Assembly (NCBI GenBank): GCA_951406725.2
Contig: OX597819.1
Coordinates: 65,038,001 to 65,102,000, forward strand
DNA: 64,000 nucleotides
DNA from: Octopus vulgaris
Lineage: Eukaryota
Direction: 5' to 3'
Part shown: piece by piece, positions 40,506 to 56,754 of the stretch
How the letters are laid out: each line of letters begins with the position of its first letter
How positions within the stretch are numbered: the first letter of the stretch is position 1
Translations under genes and position numbers: made by a program
The notes under the pieces: generated by a model
Seen by the model: the letters and a program-made list of their open reading frames with translations, nothing else
What the model was told of the DNA's origin: nothing
Database searches by the model: none

Positions 40506-41535
40506 AACAAGAGCACTCAGAGGGCGCAACGCCAAGGTCCTCTCAATGATTAGCCGAAGATGATTTTTTAAAACGAGAATCTATGAAATAACCTCGACTG
40601 CTCGTACAAGCGAGAATACTAAAGCTAAACCCAACCACTCAAAAAAAAAAAAAAAAAAAGAAACGGAAAATTAATCCAGAATCCTTGTCTGGTACCAGGT
40701 CGATCCCAATGGTAGTCATGGAATGTGAAGGTGGGTATGCGGGTCGTGTTTGTAATGTGTGTGTGTCGTCTGCAGTGGACAGTTTTCTCTATGATGGCCT
40801 TGTTTAGTCTATCCACTGATATAGTGTCTTTATGACCATTAAGGTCAATTGTGAAAAATTTATCCGTGCGTGAAAGAAAAATGAAAGAACCTGCATACGA
40901 TGCTTTTAACGGATGTTTAACAACATCGTTGCGCACAAAAACATAAAAACGTGAGTTCAAAAAGTAAAGCTTCCTTCAAGGCAGAGCTGGAAATGCAATT
41001 GTGAAGTACGTAAGAGGTTTTAAACAGAAGCAATATATTCAAAATTGGTAAAACTAAAAATTGTCGAGGATAAATTAAACTTATTATTGTTACTGAATAT
41101 GTTATTTAATTTCCGAACGGTTTTGCTGCCACTTGTTTATGTAGTTTGTTTTCTTTATCCATCAGTTTCTACTAAGATGGAGACTCAAGTAAAATTAATA
41201 ATAGAAAAACGAAAATAAAACTTTGGAAACAGTATTGCCACCATAACTTATGTGGGAAACATGAGCGTGCTTTCAAGGGAAATAATCAGAGAAAAACTTG
41301 AAAGTGAACGTAAGATCGTAATACTTCATGTAAAGTAAATATAACAAATAATCCAGAATTCTTGTCCGGTAACGCATCAATCTCAAAATCTAATCAGTTT
41401 GTGGTGCTCATGAGGCCAAATATCTCTAAAAGTTTCAACCAAATCCATCTAGCGGTTCTTCAGATATCTTGTGCACGGTCAAACAAACAAACACGAGTGA
41501 AAACGATATCCTCGCATTCGCTAAGGCGGGGGTAA
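40506..41535 (+). mobile_element. Helentron-associated (HINE/DINE-like) element, interrupted
   Basis: Start aacaagagcactcagag, repeated core taatccagaat.cttgtc.ggta (about 40672 and 41352), (caaa)n, and a GC-rich terminal hairpin near 41510-41533. Class assignment is by resemblance. Confidence 0.45.
40787..40960 (-). pseudogene. Ty3/Gypsy integrase C-terminal (GPY/F region) remnant
   Basis: YVFVRNDVVKHPLKASYAGSFIFLSRTDKFFTIDLNGHKDTISVDRLNKA matches the pattern VFVR.D.V..PL..PY.GPF.VL.R..K.F.I..NG..DTVSIDRLKPA. Confidence 0.8.
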
Positions 41536-42263
41536 CAACATGATGAAAGAATACACTGATGCCGGCTAAAATTCGAATACTCACAGAAATACGCAGACAT
41601 GCACAGACAAACATTCATATAATCGCACTCACACGCACACACTCGTACATACACGCGCATACATACACACATATCTACACAAATACACATATATATAATG
41701 CACATATATTTTAGACTTGTTTACTTCTATTCATAAGCAACCCTGTCCCACATACACGCACATATGTATTATACGCATTTATTTATGTGCTTGCACAATG
41801 GAGTTGCTTAATTAACCGAATATAAACATTTCTCGAATCCAAACGAGTACATTTATGACAAAGAAGTTTATCTTTTCAATGAATCATCTTTCTGTCTCCC
41901 AATAGTTATGGTATCATTTTTGTGAAAATATCAATCTTCTTACAGACACAAACATTCTTAACCACAGAAAATCACATTCAGTTTGTAATAATAAACTTGT
42001 TGTGGAATTTGAATATGTCGAGGAGGATAATTTTTATAAGGAGGAGAAGGGAAAGAGAAAACAGGTGGAGGAGAATGACAACGACAACGACGGTAACAAG
42101 AATCGAGTTGATGGCGATAATAGCGAAAATGACAAATTGGTAATTATATGACTTTTGCAAGTATGTTAGATATCGGATGCAAACATGATATTATGCAAAA
42201 CGTTTTGTATATCCTATTCGTAAAGATGACAATAATTATGACATGTGGAGAGTGTTGATGAGG

Positions 42264-42420
42264 CTAAGGAGTGGCTGTGTGGTAAGTAGCTTGCTTACCA
42301 GCTACATGGTTCTGGGTTCAGTCCCCTGCGTGGCACCTTGGGCAAGTGTCTTCTACTATAGCCTCGGTCCGATCAGAGCCTTGTGAGTGGGTTTGGTGGA
42401 CGGAAACTGAAAGAAGCCCG

Positions 42421-42471
<51 letters not shown>

Positions 42472-42655
42472 TGTGTCTGTGTTTATTCCCCCAACATCGT
42501 TAGACAACCGATGCTGATATGTTACGTCCCCGAAAATTAGCAGTTCGGCAAATGAGAACGATAGAATAAGTACTGGGATCGATTTGCTCGATCGACTAAA
42601 GGTGGTGCTCCAGCATGGCCACAGTCAAATGATTCAAACAAGTGAAAGAGCAAAA
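42264..42655 (+). mobile_element. SINE family A
   Basis: Colinear with 11737-12175; followed by family B fragments at about 42675-42875. Confidence 0.85.
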
Positions 42656-42924
42656 AAGATATTATGTTTTATTATTCTAGCACGCAAAGTCTTTGTGTTC
42701 TGAGCTCAAATTTCGCTGAGGTCGACTTTGTTTTTCATTCATTTGGGTTCGATAAATTAAGTATCAGTCAAGTACTCGGGTCGACGTAATGGCCTCACCC
42801 TCTTCCCCCAATCTCAGGATTTGTGCCTACAACACAAACGATTATTCTACCAAACAAGGCGGTGAGCTGGTAGAGTCCAGCAAGAACTTAGAGACACTTT
42901 CATGCGAGCGTACATAAATACATA

Positions 42925-43250
42925 TGGAGCAATCCGTCGGTCACGACGACGAGGATTCCAACTCATTTAATCAGCGGGACAATCTGCACGTGAAGTTAAC
43001 GTGCAAGTGGTTAAGTATCCCACGGAAACGTGTACCTTTAACGAACTTCTCAGGGAGAATCAGCGTGACACAGAATGTGACCAGGTTGGCTCTTTGAAAA
43101 ATACGTACTTTTCTTTTTTGCCAGCTAAGTAGACTGGAGCAACGTGAAATAAAGTGTCTTACTCAAGGACACAACATATTGCCGGGAATTGAGCTCACGA
43201 CCTTACGCTCATAAGCCTAATATCCCAACCACAAACCACTCGCCTTCATA
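42925..43250 (-). mobile_element. CORE-like tRNA SINE, family D head with an alternative tail
   Basis: Head/CORE shared with 15127-15446 (ctggagcaacg.gaaat.aa.tgtctt.ctcaag.acacaac); tail shared with 45468-45615. Confidence 0.75.
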
Positions 43251-43487
43251 GCCATGAGTCTTTATAATGTACAAATGCATATGTGTGTGTGTGTGTGAGA
43301 CATGTATACGTATATATATATACACACATATATACATATAAGAAAGATTTTTCTTTTTATGTAAGTTATATCTGAATGCGTCCAAATGTTAAGTTATGAA
43401 TGGCAGGATCGGCCCAAATAATGTTTTTCATAAATTTTATCGGTCTCTTTTCATGGGTCACTATCTCACGGAGAGATAAACAGAATG

Positions 43488-43535
43488 GCAGCGGTCGTCA
43501 AGCAGCGGTCGTCAAGCAGCGGTCGTCAAGCAGCG
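43488..43535. repeat. 14-bp GC-rich tandem repeat (gcagcggtcgtcaa) x3.4
   Basis: Perfect copies, read directly. Confidence 0.9.
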
Positions 43536-43827
43536 CTGGTATATAGATGTAAGTGTGTGTGTGCGCGCGCGCGTATGTATGACGGCGTTCTATATAATAT
43601 TTGTTCACCAAATTTCCTTACAAATCCTTGGTTAGCCCAGAGCTCTTTTAAGATATACGGTGCCAAGTTAGCATGCGCTGGGACTGAAACTAAAACCGCA
43701 TGGTTGTTAAGCGGGTTTCTTAACAAAACAATCATGCTCCAACCAGTGGCACACCCGAGGTTATTAGCTGAAGATTCACCACATAATGCAGATACCTAAA
43801 GGTACATATTTTTGCAAAGACAAAGTA

Positions 43828-44377
43828 TTAGGTTGTCCTGAAGGTTCGTGCCGATTTACAGTAGCTTATCTTTCGACATATTTCAGAACATGTTTGCGTC
43901 CGTAAAATAGGATTTGACTACACCTCTATTTAGAGCACAGTTTCAGCTATTTTTTCGTGGAAGAAAGTTTATGTTACTATAACCTCTGTTAATTCTGTAA
44001 CCCTTTAAAATGGAAGATTAGAAAGTTCATTTGCGACACTTGATGCTTTGGGAACCAGACAAAAATTACTGCAGCTCGTCTGGTATGTGTTACTCCACCC
44101 TCCATATTCACCAGTTATTGCTCCTTTGGATTTCCACTTATAGTCTTAATGTTAAAAAATTTCAATTCCTAGGATGACGTAAAAAGATACCTTGATGAAT
44201 TCTTTGCCATGAAACCACCTCGATTCTGAGAAGATAGTATTTTCAAGTTAAAGGAAAGATTGAGACGCATAGTGCAACAAAGGGATTCATATTTTGTTGA
44301 TTAAAAATGTAATGGCAAGTATTTATTGACGTTTTTCTTTCCTTTAAATATCGGCACAAACTTTCCGGACAATCCAA
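43828..44377 (+). mobile_element. Internally deleted mariner transposon
   Basis: About 28-bp imperfect TIRs (ttaggttgtcctgaaggttcgtgccgat / atcggcacaaactttccggacaatccaa) flanked by TA; remnants MED*KVHLRHLML and HPPYSPVIAPLDFHL (YSPDLAP signature). Confidence 0.9.
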
Positions 44378-45104
44378 TAGAAGGCAAATTTCAGATTTCG
44401 ACTCATTTGCTCCGTTTGGTTTTTTGATTTTCGAATCTATAGTTCATTTATTGGTTTACACATTGAATGTTGCAGTGTAGTAGCAAGCTAGATTTTGTAT
44501 AACAATATATTCGTGGCATAGAAAGAAGAGAATATTCTTTCTGGTTCTTTGATATTGTCAGCAGAAATAAGGATTTGTGGAAATAAAGCAGTGGAATACA
44601 AAAGAGAAAATAAGAAAAATGTGATGCGGAAGAAAGAAAAGAAAAGGAGGGAGTAGAGAAGATGAACAAAAAAGAAGAAGTAAGCCAACGTTTGTGAGGT
44701 GAGTTTGGAAATGAATATAAATATAAGCGTAAGGAAGATTATCCTTGTTAGGTTTCTGTCAGTAGCTTCATTCAAGTTAGGTAATTGATATTTGCTTTTA
44801 TATTTTTGTTTGATTTGTTATCACCCTTTATTTTGCAAACACACAAACCCAAAGATACATAACCTGTGGAAGCACAGATCATGTGCAAAACAAGTTATAC
44901 GATAGCTTTCATGCTACACTGAAACATATGTTCAAATAAGCAAGAAGCTGGTGTTTAATTACTTGCGATGTATGTAAGAGGAATAGTAGCAAACGATGCT
45001 TATCAACATTTCTTCAGTATCGGGTAGAATTTTCTATACAACGTGCAAATAAGAATTTTGGGTGAGCCTCAACATATATGCTTACGTGAGAGATTAGGTA
45101 TTGA

Positions 45105-45164
<60 letters not shown>

Positions 45165-45249
45165 TAATGTGCCTGTGCTTACATGTGTATACACGTATCT
45201 CTCCACATATATGTATATATACACATATTTCTGTATATGTGTGTGTGTA

Positions 45250-45615
45250 GTTGCATTGGTTAGGGCAGTGGACTCGCGGTCATGGGATCGCGGTTCGATT
45301 CCCAAAACGGGCATTGTGAGTGTTTACAGAGCGAAAACCTAAAGATCCAGTGGCTTCGGCAGGGTGGGGTTGTGAACTCTGCTGGATTCTTTCATCACAA
45401 CTTTCTCTCAATCTTTCTTTCTGTTTCTGCTGTACCTGTTTTACAAAGGGCTACACTTTTCACAATCTGTGTCACGCTGAATCTCTCCGAGAATTACGTT
45501 AAGGGTACACGTTGTCTGTGGAGTGATCAGCCATTTACACGTTAATTTCACGAGAAGGGTCTTCCGTTGATGGGGTCAAATGAAGCCCTGGTCGTCGTAA
45601 CAGTCGGAGTGCCAC
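45250..45615 (+). mobile_element. SINE, family C head with the tail of the 42925 element
   Basis: ggttagggcagtggactcgcggtc..ggttcgattccc head, then gtgtcacgctgaatctc..cgttaagggtacacg..cacgttaatttcacg. Confidence 0.75.
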
Positions 45616-45731
45616 GATATATATATAGGGAGAGTTTACAAAAAAAATAAAAGACGAAGACAGGTGGTGTACAAAACAAACAAATGTATTAGTATAACGC
45701 TGTATTAGTATATATATATATATAGATAGAT

Positions 45732-45863
<132 letters not shown>

Positions 45864-47053
45864 GTAGAGCACTTATCATCATGTTCATACGTTTAAAAAC
45901 TGTTTGTCTCGCTGCTACAATTAAGTAACAGAAGTCTAAATATATCTTTCGCTTTTTTGTTGGAGTTCAGTGCTTCATATTAATTGATTAAAAGATGTTT
46001 CATTGCTGACCAGTTAACTGGTTGAATGTGTGAATCCAGGTAAAAAAGATCGCAGGAAAAGAAGTCACAGGATTTTGCCCAGGGATGTTTTTTCCGAGGG
46101 GTTTTGTGTTAGGGGTGTTTTGTTCGGATCACATAAATTAATTTTGCCTTTTTTTCATGTGACTTTTTTTCCTAGCCAAAATCGTGACTTTATTACTGTG
46201 ACTTTAATATTGGTCACCGAAAATGTAAGATAGGCAAAATGCTGTCCTCCAACCCATTTAGAATAAGATGAATTGGCCAACCCATGCTAGCATGGAAAGC
46301 TAACTTTGCTGCTGATTAAGAACATTCTCCCTTCCCACCCCCTGTTTTCTATTATCCCAGGAGGTTATTTATACAGACACCTCGTGATTGGGAAATGTTT
46401 GCATTGTTGATATTTTTTGGTCCATTAGCCCTTTCGTTACCAACCCGGCTGAGACCAGCTCTGACTCTGAGTACAAATGTCTTGTTTTCATATGTTTTGA
46501 ATTAAAATCTTCCACCAAACCTTAGCCACAATTTATGTTCCTGACGCTAGCTTAATGATAACCAAGTTATTTTGAGTTTATATGAGTTATATAAGGTAAT
46601 GCATGCGATGTTTTACTTGCAATTTAAAGTACAATGGTCCGCTGTGTGTTTGGGATTTGTTTGTAAGTCGGTGCTGGTGCGTTATCATCTTTTAGAAGTC
46701 TCTGTACCTGTGAATGTTAAGCTGTTGGAAAATGTATTGAAAAGGTTCTTCATATTACGCTCAAATTAGAAGTGTATATCTGTTTCTATGTGTATAAATA
46801 AAAACATACGCTCTTATGTAATCCACACAGTTCGAGATCAAATGCATTTTGTTAGCCGTTTCAGGTTAAGAGAGCATGCAATGCTATAATTCACCTCCTG
46901 CACAATAGAACGCATTCATGCATGTATACGAGCTATCGTGTACCAGCACATTTTAGTAGTCCTTTTTCCCGCTTAATAATAAAAAAGACATTAACAAAAG
47001 AGTCTTCGTAACATATATCCTTTAGATTTTAAATACAAATACACACGCACACC

Positions 47054-47090
<37 letters not shown>

Positions 47091-47526
47091 ACACACACAC
47101 AAACACACATACATTCATTTCAGTATCTCTGGTAGTGATATACATAATTGCTTACATACGTACATGTGTGATATATATACATATATACATTCATACAAAT
47201 ATATTTATGTATGTACACAAGTATGTATGCAAGCGCGTACATATACACATCGGTTTACAGGACGGTCTAACGTACGTATACATGCATAATACATACACAC
47301 ACACACATATATGCACATACACACATATATATACATATATGTATGTATGTATGTGTGTGTATGTATAAATATATAAGTATAGCGAGATAGATAGATAGAT
47401 AGATAGATATATACATAGATATATAGATATTCAGATATATTGATATATATATACATTGATCCATATATGCGTATATACATGTATATATATATATATGTAT
47501 ATATGTATATATATATATACATTTAT

Positions 47527-47585
<59 letters not shown>

Positions 47586-48346
47586 ACACATAAATGTTCT
47601 CATAGACACAGATAATGTGGTAATAGTCAATAGTAAATTGAAGGTAGAGTAGGTAAGTTAAAAATATAATTTTAGCAGATGGGTGTTGTTCTGATGGTGA
47701 GGTTAAAGAAAGGCACAAAGAGCAGCGAGAGAGGGAGGAGAGAGAGAGAGAGATGATGATGATGTTGGTCGTCGTCGTTTTGTGGAGACAGAAATGGTGG
47801 CTTTGGAGGTGAAAATTGTTGTGATTTTGATTGAATTGTGAAAATTTTATTTTGTTTTTAATTGAACTAAGTATTTTTTTTATATCACCTATCACTTAAC
47901 GCGTGCGCATAAGTGCAATTCTTTGAAAAATTCACGTTTATTTCCGTGGCAGTTATATGGAATTCAACTTTTTTTTTATGTGAAAAATGGAAAAAGCATG
48001 AGTGAATGTTCTATAAATGCTGTGTATTAAGTCTATAAAATTATGCGTAAAGTCTACAAATTGTATACATAAAATGCATAATGTAATCATCGTATTCCAG
48101 TTTCAACGGCATCATCGTGTCCCAATTTTTCAATGAGTAGCAGACGAGCGATTATCTTTGCATACAGATACAAGACAAGCTACGCTTTCAGGTTTTTTGG
48201 ATAAAAATTTCCGAAATAATGCAGTAAGTTTATCATTAATTCCGTGAGATACTCCCGGGTCCCGCTAGTTATTACTATTATTATGCTGTGCATCCAGAAT
48301 CATTACAATATCTGACAAGATTCTTAGATAAATTTCTTGTTGTTAA

Positions 48347-48555
48347 CCGGTGAGCTGGCAGAATCTTTAGCACGCCGAGCAAAATGCTTAGCCGCATTTC
48401 TTGCGTCTTAACGTCTTCAGTTCAGATTCCGCGGAGGTTGACCTTACCTTTCGTCTTTTAGTTGTTGGTAAATTTAGTACAATTTCATAGCTGGGGTTGA
48501 TGTAATGGACTTAAGCCCTGCCATAATATTTCAGGCCTTGTGCCTATAGTAGAAA
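48347..48555 (+). mobile_element. SINE family B
   Basis: ggtgagctggcagaatc..aaatgcttagc..ttccgcggaggttgac..ggccttgtgcctatagtagaaa followed by (ATT)n. Other copies at 60762-60975 and 62190-62305. Confidence 0.8.
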
Positions 48556-48561
48556 TTATTA

Positions 48562-48601
<40 letters not shown>

Positions 48602-48615
48602 CATCATCATCATCA

Positions 48616-48682
<67 letters not shown>

Positions 48683-49192
48683 AATTACTACTACTACTAC
48701 TATTATTATTATCATCGTCGTCTTCATCAACAGCAGCAGCAGTAGTAGCATCAGCTGCAGCAACATCACCTTCATCATCATCATTGCTTTATTAATGATA
48801 ACATTAATTATTAGAAGTTTGAACTACTAGAAAATGTCAATTGCAAAGACAAATTAATAACAAAATACTAAAATCAAAAGACGAAAACTATAATATCAGC
48901 AGAGATAACAAGTATTAATATTACAATTTCTTGTTAAATTCAATTATGTGCGTCAAATTGCTTTTGCCCAAAACAATAAAACACTTTTTTTCTTTTCTTG
49001 TCACCTGCCATCTTACAGAAAACAGCGTGCCTTGTCCCATCTCTTTTATGTTTGTTTTCCATTTTACATGTGTTTTGCAAAAGCAGATTTTGTGTATATA
49101 TTTGTTATTATTTTTGTTGGTAGTAGCAGCACCTCTAGCGGCGGCAGCAGCAGCAGTAGTAGTAATTTAGTTGTCATAATCATCATCATTAC

Positions 49193-49237
<45 letters not shown>

Positions 49238-49361
49238 GACTGAGTGAGAGAGCAGTGCATGCCATCAAAGTGACACTGGGGTAATATATACGAAACTCTG
49301 TATAACCATCATGACTACCTGTCTGATAAGGGTGCACTCGGTACATGAATCACAGCCATAT

Positions 49362-50246
49362 CATACCCGTTCAGATATTGTGTAGCCACAAGAAAACTGC
49401 ACATGATCAATGGTTTCATTTTGTTGTTGACATACACTACATGCTATGCATCTACCTTTCTTAAACATATTGACCTTGTAGCTCCTTGTAGCTAATCATT
49501 GATGTTGGGCTGCTACGACAAAACCACCTATTTCTGATTTTAAGCTAGAAGACAGTAACCATTGATGAGTAAAGGCTTTATCAACATCGGCATTATTTGA
49601 TGTATTTGAGTATTTCCTATTGAGAGGTTTTCCTTGCCATTTATCTGTAAGAATATCTAAGGCAGCAGTTTATCACGGGTTTTCATACGGTTAACTTTTT
49701 TTGCGTTTGTTTCCAGTACATGTAATTCTGGGATTCGTTGTATTTGCGATTCACCTAGATATTCTTTTGCCCATTTCCTTACTGAGTATGACGCTTTCCT
49801 ATTTGCATGCTGTAAGAAAAGTTCTAACATCCAGTCATCAGAGTTTTTCAGGTAGGTGTTTAGGTCAATTGTGGTAATCTTCATTGTTAATTCCAGTTGT
49901 GAAAGTCCATGGTGACATTTTCTTGCTAGATAAAGTCGTTCAATATTAGCCTAAGGGTGATGCATTTTATGCATTTTCAACAATTTACGTATTTTTCTTG
50001 TCAAGATTACATATTTCATTTTTTGACCAGTTAGTGATATTGAAACTATACTTTACGACTTGTATGGCTAAAATATTGATCGCTTTGATCCTGTTTCTTG
50101 CATTCAGCTCTGTCTTGAGTATTGCCCTTACTGCTCCTATGCTATCATTATTTTCTTATCCTTTACCTCGTCATTGAAGGATTGATTCCATCACCCCCAA
50201 ATACCCCTGGGGTTTTGTAGCTCCCCGTTCTAAATCCTTTATGGCA
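49362..50246 (-). mobile_element. Dong/R4-clade ORF fragment (post-RT region to zinc knuckle), decayed
   Basis: RAILKTELNARNRIKAINILA..LDKKIRKLLKMHKMHHP*ANIERLYL..WQGKPL..LKSEIGGFVVAAQ..CSMCQQQNETIDHV. Confidence 0.85.
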
Positions 50247-50254
50247 TTATGCTC

Positions 50255-50320
<66 letters not shown>

Positions 50321-50339
50321 GTATTAGTATTATTATTAA

Positions 50340-50405
<66 letters not shown>

Positions 50406-50444
50406 CATTATTATTATTATTATTATCATCATCATCATTATTAT

Positions 50445-51727
<1,283 letters not shown>

Positions 51728-51899
51728 GAGTATTATTAACATGCCCGAATTGCATGTTTTGATGATATTAATGTATGTTTTGCATGTCACGTATTAGCAA
51801 GTAAATGATACGTAATCGGAAAATGTATAGAAGGAAGTGAATGGGTTGAGGGTGTAAACCCAAGGCTTTGAGAGAGCTGTAGCTAGATTTCAATGGTTC

Positions 51900-53330
51900 A
51901 AGTCAGACCTATACACTGGAAATAAATATGGAGGATATAACCATATTGAATCATATTTTTGCGAAATAGTTTCCGTTATCATTAACATTCGCAAACTTAT
52001 GATCTTTAATTAGAGAAAGAGCTAATACCATTAACTAACCCCAATACCAAATAAAAACGCTGGCTATATACTGTAGGTTCCCAAGAATATTAGAAAAATG
52101 TTTAGCAGCACAGATTTTGTTTTAGTTAATTTGAAGAGCAGTAAGAGGTTTACATACGAGTATACGCTACAATGTGAGGGTCGTCATTAGTCCTGAAATC
52201 GACTGCCATAAATATCTAGGTATATCAGGATTAAAAACATGAAAAGAAGGCACATATGTGAAAATGCTGAAAATGCTTTTGAAGATTAAGCTTTGCTCCA
52301 GATATTTGATCACATTCATGTTGAAGTGAGGTGTCGAAAATCACACCATATAGTGCTGACAGCTTTACTTAAGGAAAGAAGATGCTGTAGAATGTTATAA
52401 AGTGTGCAATACATTTTATCGACGAGCAAATCTTTTCATATGTGGAAAACTTGAAACTGTGGGTCCGTTATGATTGAAGACTGTGTTGCCAATTAAATAA
52501 ATATTATTACATTTTTCAGGTAGCAAAACAACTATATTTTTGTTCTATAACGTAGAAAATATTAGCCTGGTTCAAACAAATACAATGAAAAAGAAAATAT
52601 CAAAGGAGAGAAGAATTGTGGAAGTCTAAAGCAAATGCGGAAACATACTTCTATACAATACAAAACTCAAAGAAATGGAGAAGTACATGATTAGATGAGA
52701 AAATGAAACCTGAAAGAATACTTTCATCCAATGAGACAAATGTAGGTTACGTGCGAAGGGACTGTAGATTGTGACCCGTATTGCAAATGGTTGTAAAATG
52801 TTAGGGCAAAGGGACTACGAAAGACGTCATGAGAAAGTGCATCAGTATTAAGCTGCTACGTGACAAACAATATAGTTTGAAAGTAGATCAGAAAGGGTAC
52901 GAACAGATGCTTATTCCGTTAGAGAACGAAAGAAATCTCGTGAAGGTGTAAAGTGCATACATGTAGAAACATTGAGGTAGAAAAAGAACAATGGGATATT
53001 TACATTATTGATACAGCTTCCTAAAAACCACTAAAAATATGCGTACAAATATGCATTAGAAATACGTTACTGATCGGAAGTTTTGAGAATGTGGAACACA
53101 CGAATTAAAGGTATATCAATAATTGGCGCTCGAATCCACCCGTACAGAACATCCAGATATTCATATGAGTGCGAATAACATCACCTGAAATTGTAAGAGT
53201 ACAGAAATCGATACAACTTAGAATAACCAATATGATGGAGAAGTAGTATAGTTACAGACCAAAGGATATATGATCGTGGATAATGGATAATACAGAATCT
53301 ATCCTCAAAGGGAAAAAAATGAGAGAAGGA
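51900..53330 (+). mobile_element. Old Dong/R4-like element remnant
   Basis: HKYLGIS (about 52207), DKCRL..IANGCKMLGQRDYERRHEKV (about 52735-52840), VQKSIQL near 53200; ends at (TAC)n. Confidence 0.65.
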
Positions 53331-54297
53331 CTACTGCTACTGCTGCTGCTACTACTACTACTACTACTAATACTACTACTACTACAATTGGTACTATCTT
53401 TATGTATTATGTTGTAAAAATCATCTTTTATCCCGTGATTTGCATTGTAACTAGCTACAAATCATTAATATTTAGCATTATAAAATATTTGTTAATGTCA
53501 CATGTCTATTCTGCTTCGTTGTCGACATATTCTCATACATAGAAAACATGATTTCCTTTTTTTTTTTTTTTTTGCAATTAGAATTATATTTGTTCATGAG
53601 AATTTCCTGGCCAGCATCAGTAACGAGGAAAATACATTGCGTACTAATCAAATCGCATTTTATTTGAGAAAAAATCATAGCCACAGACTCCTTTCCAAAA
53701 TGGGCAGTCGATAAAATTAATAACCAACAATATGGGTTGTTGCAATGTAGATGCTGAGTCATGTTCGTTCACGAGAGTGAAAAGTGTTACAGAGAAATTT
53801 GAGCTACAAAAGTAACGGAGTGAAGTAAGAGAACAAACAAATAAACAAAGCACAAAAAGTGACGTAGTAATATCCTTTGATGTACTAAAAGCGCCGACAG
53901 GTGTAAGAAAATATAGAAGAAGGCACGGCTGGTAAGCTAGTATAGTATCCTCAGCTCAGGTGTAAATAATAAATGAATTAACGGCCATTACAGACAAGCT
54001 CACTGCATTGTTTTTAGTAGTGGTCGTGGGGCGATGGATGTTATGCTCTGGGTTGAGAGTAAGCCGATAATCTGTGTTATCCGACGTTTAGATTGAGTAA
54101 CAATGATAGAATTTCAAAATCCTGATTGTGATACAAACAATATGGCAGAAAAATATTCAATGAAGGTCCTGAAACATTTGATCTTGAAACGAAAAGCGTC
54201 AAGGTCGAACACGTTTCTGATATCAATAACTGTTTCATCGCCTGATTAAAATGTCAGTCACATAAGTATCAGAAACGGAGACGGAAACAACAACAAC

Positions 54298-54382
<85 letters not shown>

Positions 54383-54492
54383 ATATATATTATATATATT
54401 GTGTATATATATATATATACATAAATATAAATATATCTATATATACATATATATACATACATATATATACATATATATGTATATATACATAC

Positions 54493-54523
<31 letters not shown>

Positions 54524-54526
54524 CAT

Positions 54527-54590
<64 letters not shown>

Positions 54591-54968
54591 AACATATAAA
54601 TATAGAGATAGATAGGTAGATAGCACAAATAGAGATTGATAGATATATAAATGTATATGTATATATTGATCTGTTATATATATATATATATATATCAATC
54701 TATCTATCATCTAATCTGAGTGTCTGCCTTTCTGCCTTTCTACACACACACACATAACTAAAATTTCAATTTCGCATTAACAGCTTATTCACCCAATTTG
54801 TTCAGTAATCCGATAAGGGGAAACTTAAAATAACAGTCAACTTTAAATTGATTAATAAATTTGAATTTACGAAATCCCAGCATCAGAAAATGTTTACTGA
54901 TATTCATAACTTCATTCCACAATACTAAATACTAAACCATTACATTTATCCTATGTGAATATACTTAG

Positions 54969-55009
<41 letters not shown>

Positions 55010-55116
55010 TACAGCCACACTCACACACACACATACTTACAAACAACTACATATGCATATTCAAAATTAGGTACATACGTATGTACATGTATATGTATAT
55101 ATATACATACATACAC

Positions 55117-55163
<47 letters not shown>

Positions 55164-55166
55164 CAC

Positions 55167-55210
<44 letters not shown>

Positions 55211-55810
55211 ACACATATATATACACACGCACATACTTTAACCCTTTAGTGAGCATACGCTTGTGTGTTTATAGATATCTGTTGAAACCTATCCCTCCCT
55301 CACCTTATCACTCTTTCTTCTTCAGGTTATGCATATATCTACATACGCTCATACAACTATATCGCCACAGCGAACAAATCACAAACACACACACAACGAT
55401 ACACAAACACACCTAACAAACGTGTACTTTGTGATACCCAAAACGCTATCTATTTCAAGCCGTAAACAACTGTTCCCAATGGAAAAGAAAAGAAAAAAAT
55501 GAGACACAAATTCTTTGATGTCGTTCCTTTGGAATAAGATAATCTCCACATCAGTCTGGTGTTTCTACAACTAAACGAGTGTGTGGGTGGTCAGGTAGAA
55601 TACTTTCGCAACATGGGATTTTACAGAAGATAGAACGTGTTCTATGGCTATAATATTCCCTTGGCATAACACTCGTTTAATATTACGATTTATTGTTTCT
55701 TAGATCAATTCAACTATCTGTCTGGATGTGTTATATCAAGCTGTTCTATCTACTTATGATGCGTCTATTTCTTTATACATACATACATACATACATATAT
55801 ACATACACAC

Positions 55811-55864
<54 letters not shown>

Positions 55865-55900
55865 GTATATCGATAGACATAGACAGCAGACAGATAGCTT

Positions 55901-55988
<88 letters not shown>

Positions 55989-56291
55989 TTGATATAGGTA
56001 GAATGTTAGAGGTTTGTTGGGTGGGTTCCGTGTCTGTGGGAGTTTCTGTCTTGAGCGTATTGTGCTGTGTGTTTGTTTATGAAAGCAAGAACTTGATACA
56101 GAGATTAAAGTAATCAATGATTTTAGAAATATAAGGTGTTGATATGTTTATGATTGGTGACTGGTTTGCAGAGTAAACTTTATTTGGTTTTAAATGCATC
56201 TGTCGACATATAATGGCCATGTGAGAGTCTGAAGTCATACATATTCAGGTAAGTATATATGTTTTTTTAATGTCTTTTATATATGTGCATG

Positions 56292-56618
<327 letters not shown>

Positions 56619-56754
56619 TATAAGTGCAGCTGTAGGTGTGTGGTAAGTAGCATCCTTACCAACCACACGGTTTAGGGTTCAGTCCCACTGCATGGCAACT
56701 TGGACAAGCTGTGAGTGGATTTGGTGGAGAGAAAGAAGCCCGCCGTATATATAT

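Noticed and set aside
46030-46580. Short inverted repeats and a piggyBac-like end (ttagccctttcgttacc)
   Set aside because: Probably MITE fragments, but the second terminus and TSD could not be identified.
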